Source: Azolla caroliniana (Eukaryota > Plantae > Polypodiophyta). Taken from it: 21,218 bases of DNA. Where the stretch lies: NCBI GenBank assembly GCA_043228905.1, contig JBHGNT010000539.1, positions 1 to 21,218 of the forward strand. Reading direction: 5' to 3'. Shown here in pieces: positions 20,601-21,218 of this stretch; within the stretch, counting starts at the first letter, position 1, and every line of letters begins with the position of its first letter. Made by a program: the position numbers and the translations under genes. The notes below the pieces were generated by a model, which was not told the origin of the DNA, ran no database searches, and was given only the letters and a program-made list of their open reading frames with translations.

Positions 20601-21218
20601 ATGGCAAAGCTTACTTCCGTATTCCTCATGGCCGTGATCATGCTCGCCGCGTGTACCGCGGCCAATGCTAGGTCTGTAGGGCGGGACCGTGAAGAGGAGC
20701 GACGCGATCGACGTCGTGAGGGAGACATTGACGAGGAGAGGCGCGATCGACGCCGAGAGGGGGAGTGCGAGCGACGTCGTGAGGGGTTCCTTGAGGAGGG
20801 GCGCCGCTACAGAGACAACAAGAGAGACTCCGAAGAGGAAAGGGAACGTCGTAGCCGTGGTCGCGATGAGCCACGTGACGAGGAACTGAGGCGAGAGTGC
20901 GGTGATTTCATCGACAAGCAGATCCGAGAGCTACAAGAGCGCTCCGAAAGAGAGGAAGGTGAACAAGGACGTCGCTCCCCATGGATCGAAAACACTCGAT
21001 ACTCAAGACCCTCGGAACGGTGCTGCAGGAACGTCGAACGAATCCCCGCCGAAGATCGATGCGATCGCCTACGTGATGCCTTGTATGCTGACGAGGAGGA
21101 ACGACGCAATGATGAAGGCCGACGCCATGGCCAACAATCAAGGGAACACCGTAGCTGGGAGGAAGAGGACGAGGAGCGCGAGAGAGATAGCAGCCGTGAG
21201 CGACGAGAGGGTGACGAA
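20601..21218 (+). CDS. Partial (5' part) storage protein gene, copy 13, cut by window end
   Basis: ATGGCAAAG at 20601; matches copy 1 through ...RERREGDE (206 codons). Missing from the ORF track only because no stop lies within the window. Confidence 0.85.
   Translation, partial: MAKLTSVFLMAVIMLAACTAANARSVGRDREEERRDRRREGDIDEERRDRRREGECERRREGFLEEGRRYRDNKRDSEEERERRSRGRDEPRDEELRRECGDFIDKQIRELQERSEREEGEQGRRSPWIENTRYSRPSERCCRNVERIPAEDRCDRLRDALYADEEERRNDEGRRHGQQSREHRSWEEEDEERERDSSRERREGDE

Larger units (their letters stand above)
1..21218 (+). repeat. Tandem head-to-tail array of a 1640-bp gene-containing unit (~12.95 copies, open at both ends)
   Basis: The sequence at 1 recurs at 1641. CDS starts fall at 949, 2589, 4201, 5841, 7481, 9121, 10761, 12401, 14041, 15681, 17321, 18961 and 20601 (spacing 1640, except one of 1612 due to a 28-bp deletion). 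The ORF track repeats with the same period. Confidence 0.99.

Noticed and set aside
1-21218. rDNA/5S array, transposon array or transgene concatemer
   Set aside because: I recognise no rRNA, transposase/RT, LTR/TIR, vector, 35S/nos or marker sequence. The unit is a natural-looking Pol II gene.

Overview
The window is a head-to-tail tandem array of a 1640-bp unit (about 12.95 units; it runs off both window ends). Each unit carries one intronless + strand gene of 771 bp (256 aa). The gene has a seed-type promoter (RY elements, G-box/ACGT cores, TATA box), and an 869-bp spacer separates it from the next copy. The protein has a signal peptide and a degenerate 8-cysteine-motif skeleton (C..C..CC-X9-DRC..C-X6-C). 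This points to a plant prolamin-superfamily storage protein (2S albumin / cereal alpha-globulin-like) that is extremely rich in Arg/Glu/Asp. Fourteen gene copies are touched: 11 intact, 1 frameshifted by a 28-bp deletion, and 2 truncated by the window edges. The only other difference I found is one G>T change (E53D) in the copy at 12401. The notable points are the rDNA-like, near-perfect amplification of a complete storage-protein gene and the unusual protein. It lacks the CXC first cysteine, has long charged insertions, and has predicted Asn processing sites that would yield a 3-disulfide albumin plus a released repeat peptide. The family assignment is by motif recognition only; no search was run. 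An assembly or concatemer artefact cannot be excluded.
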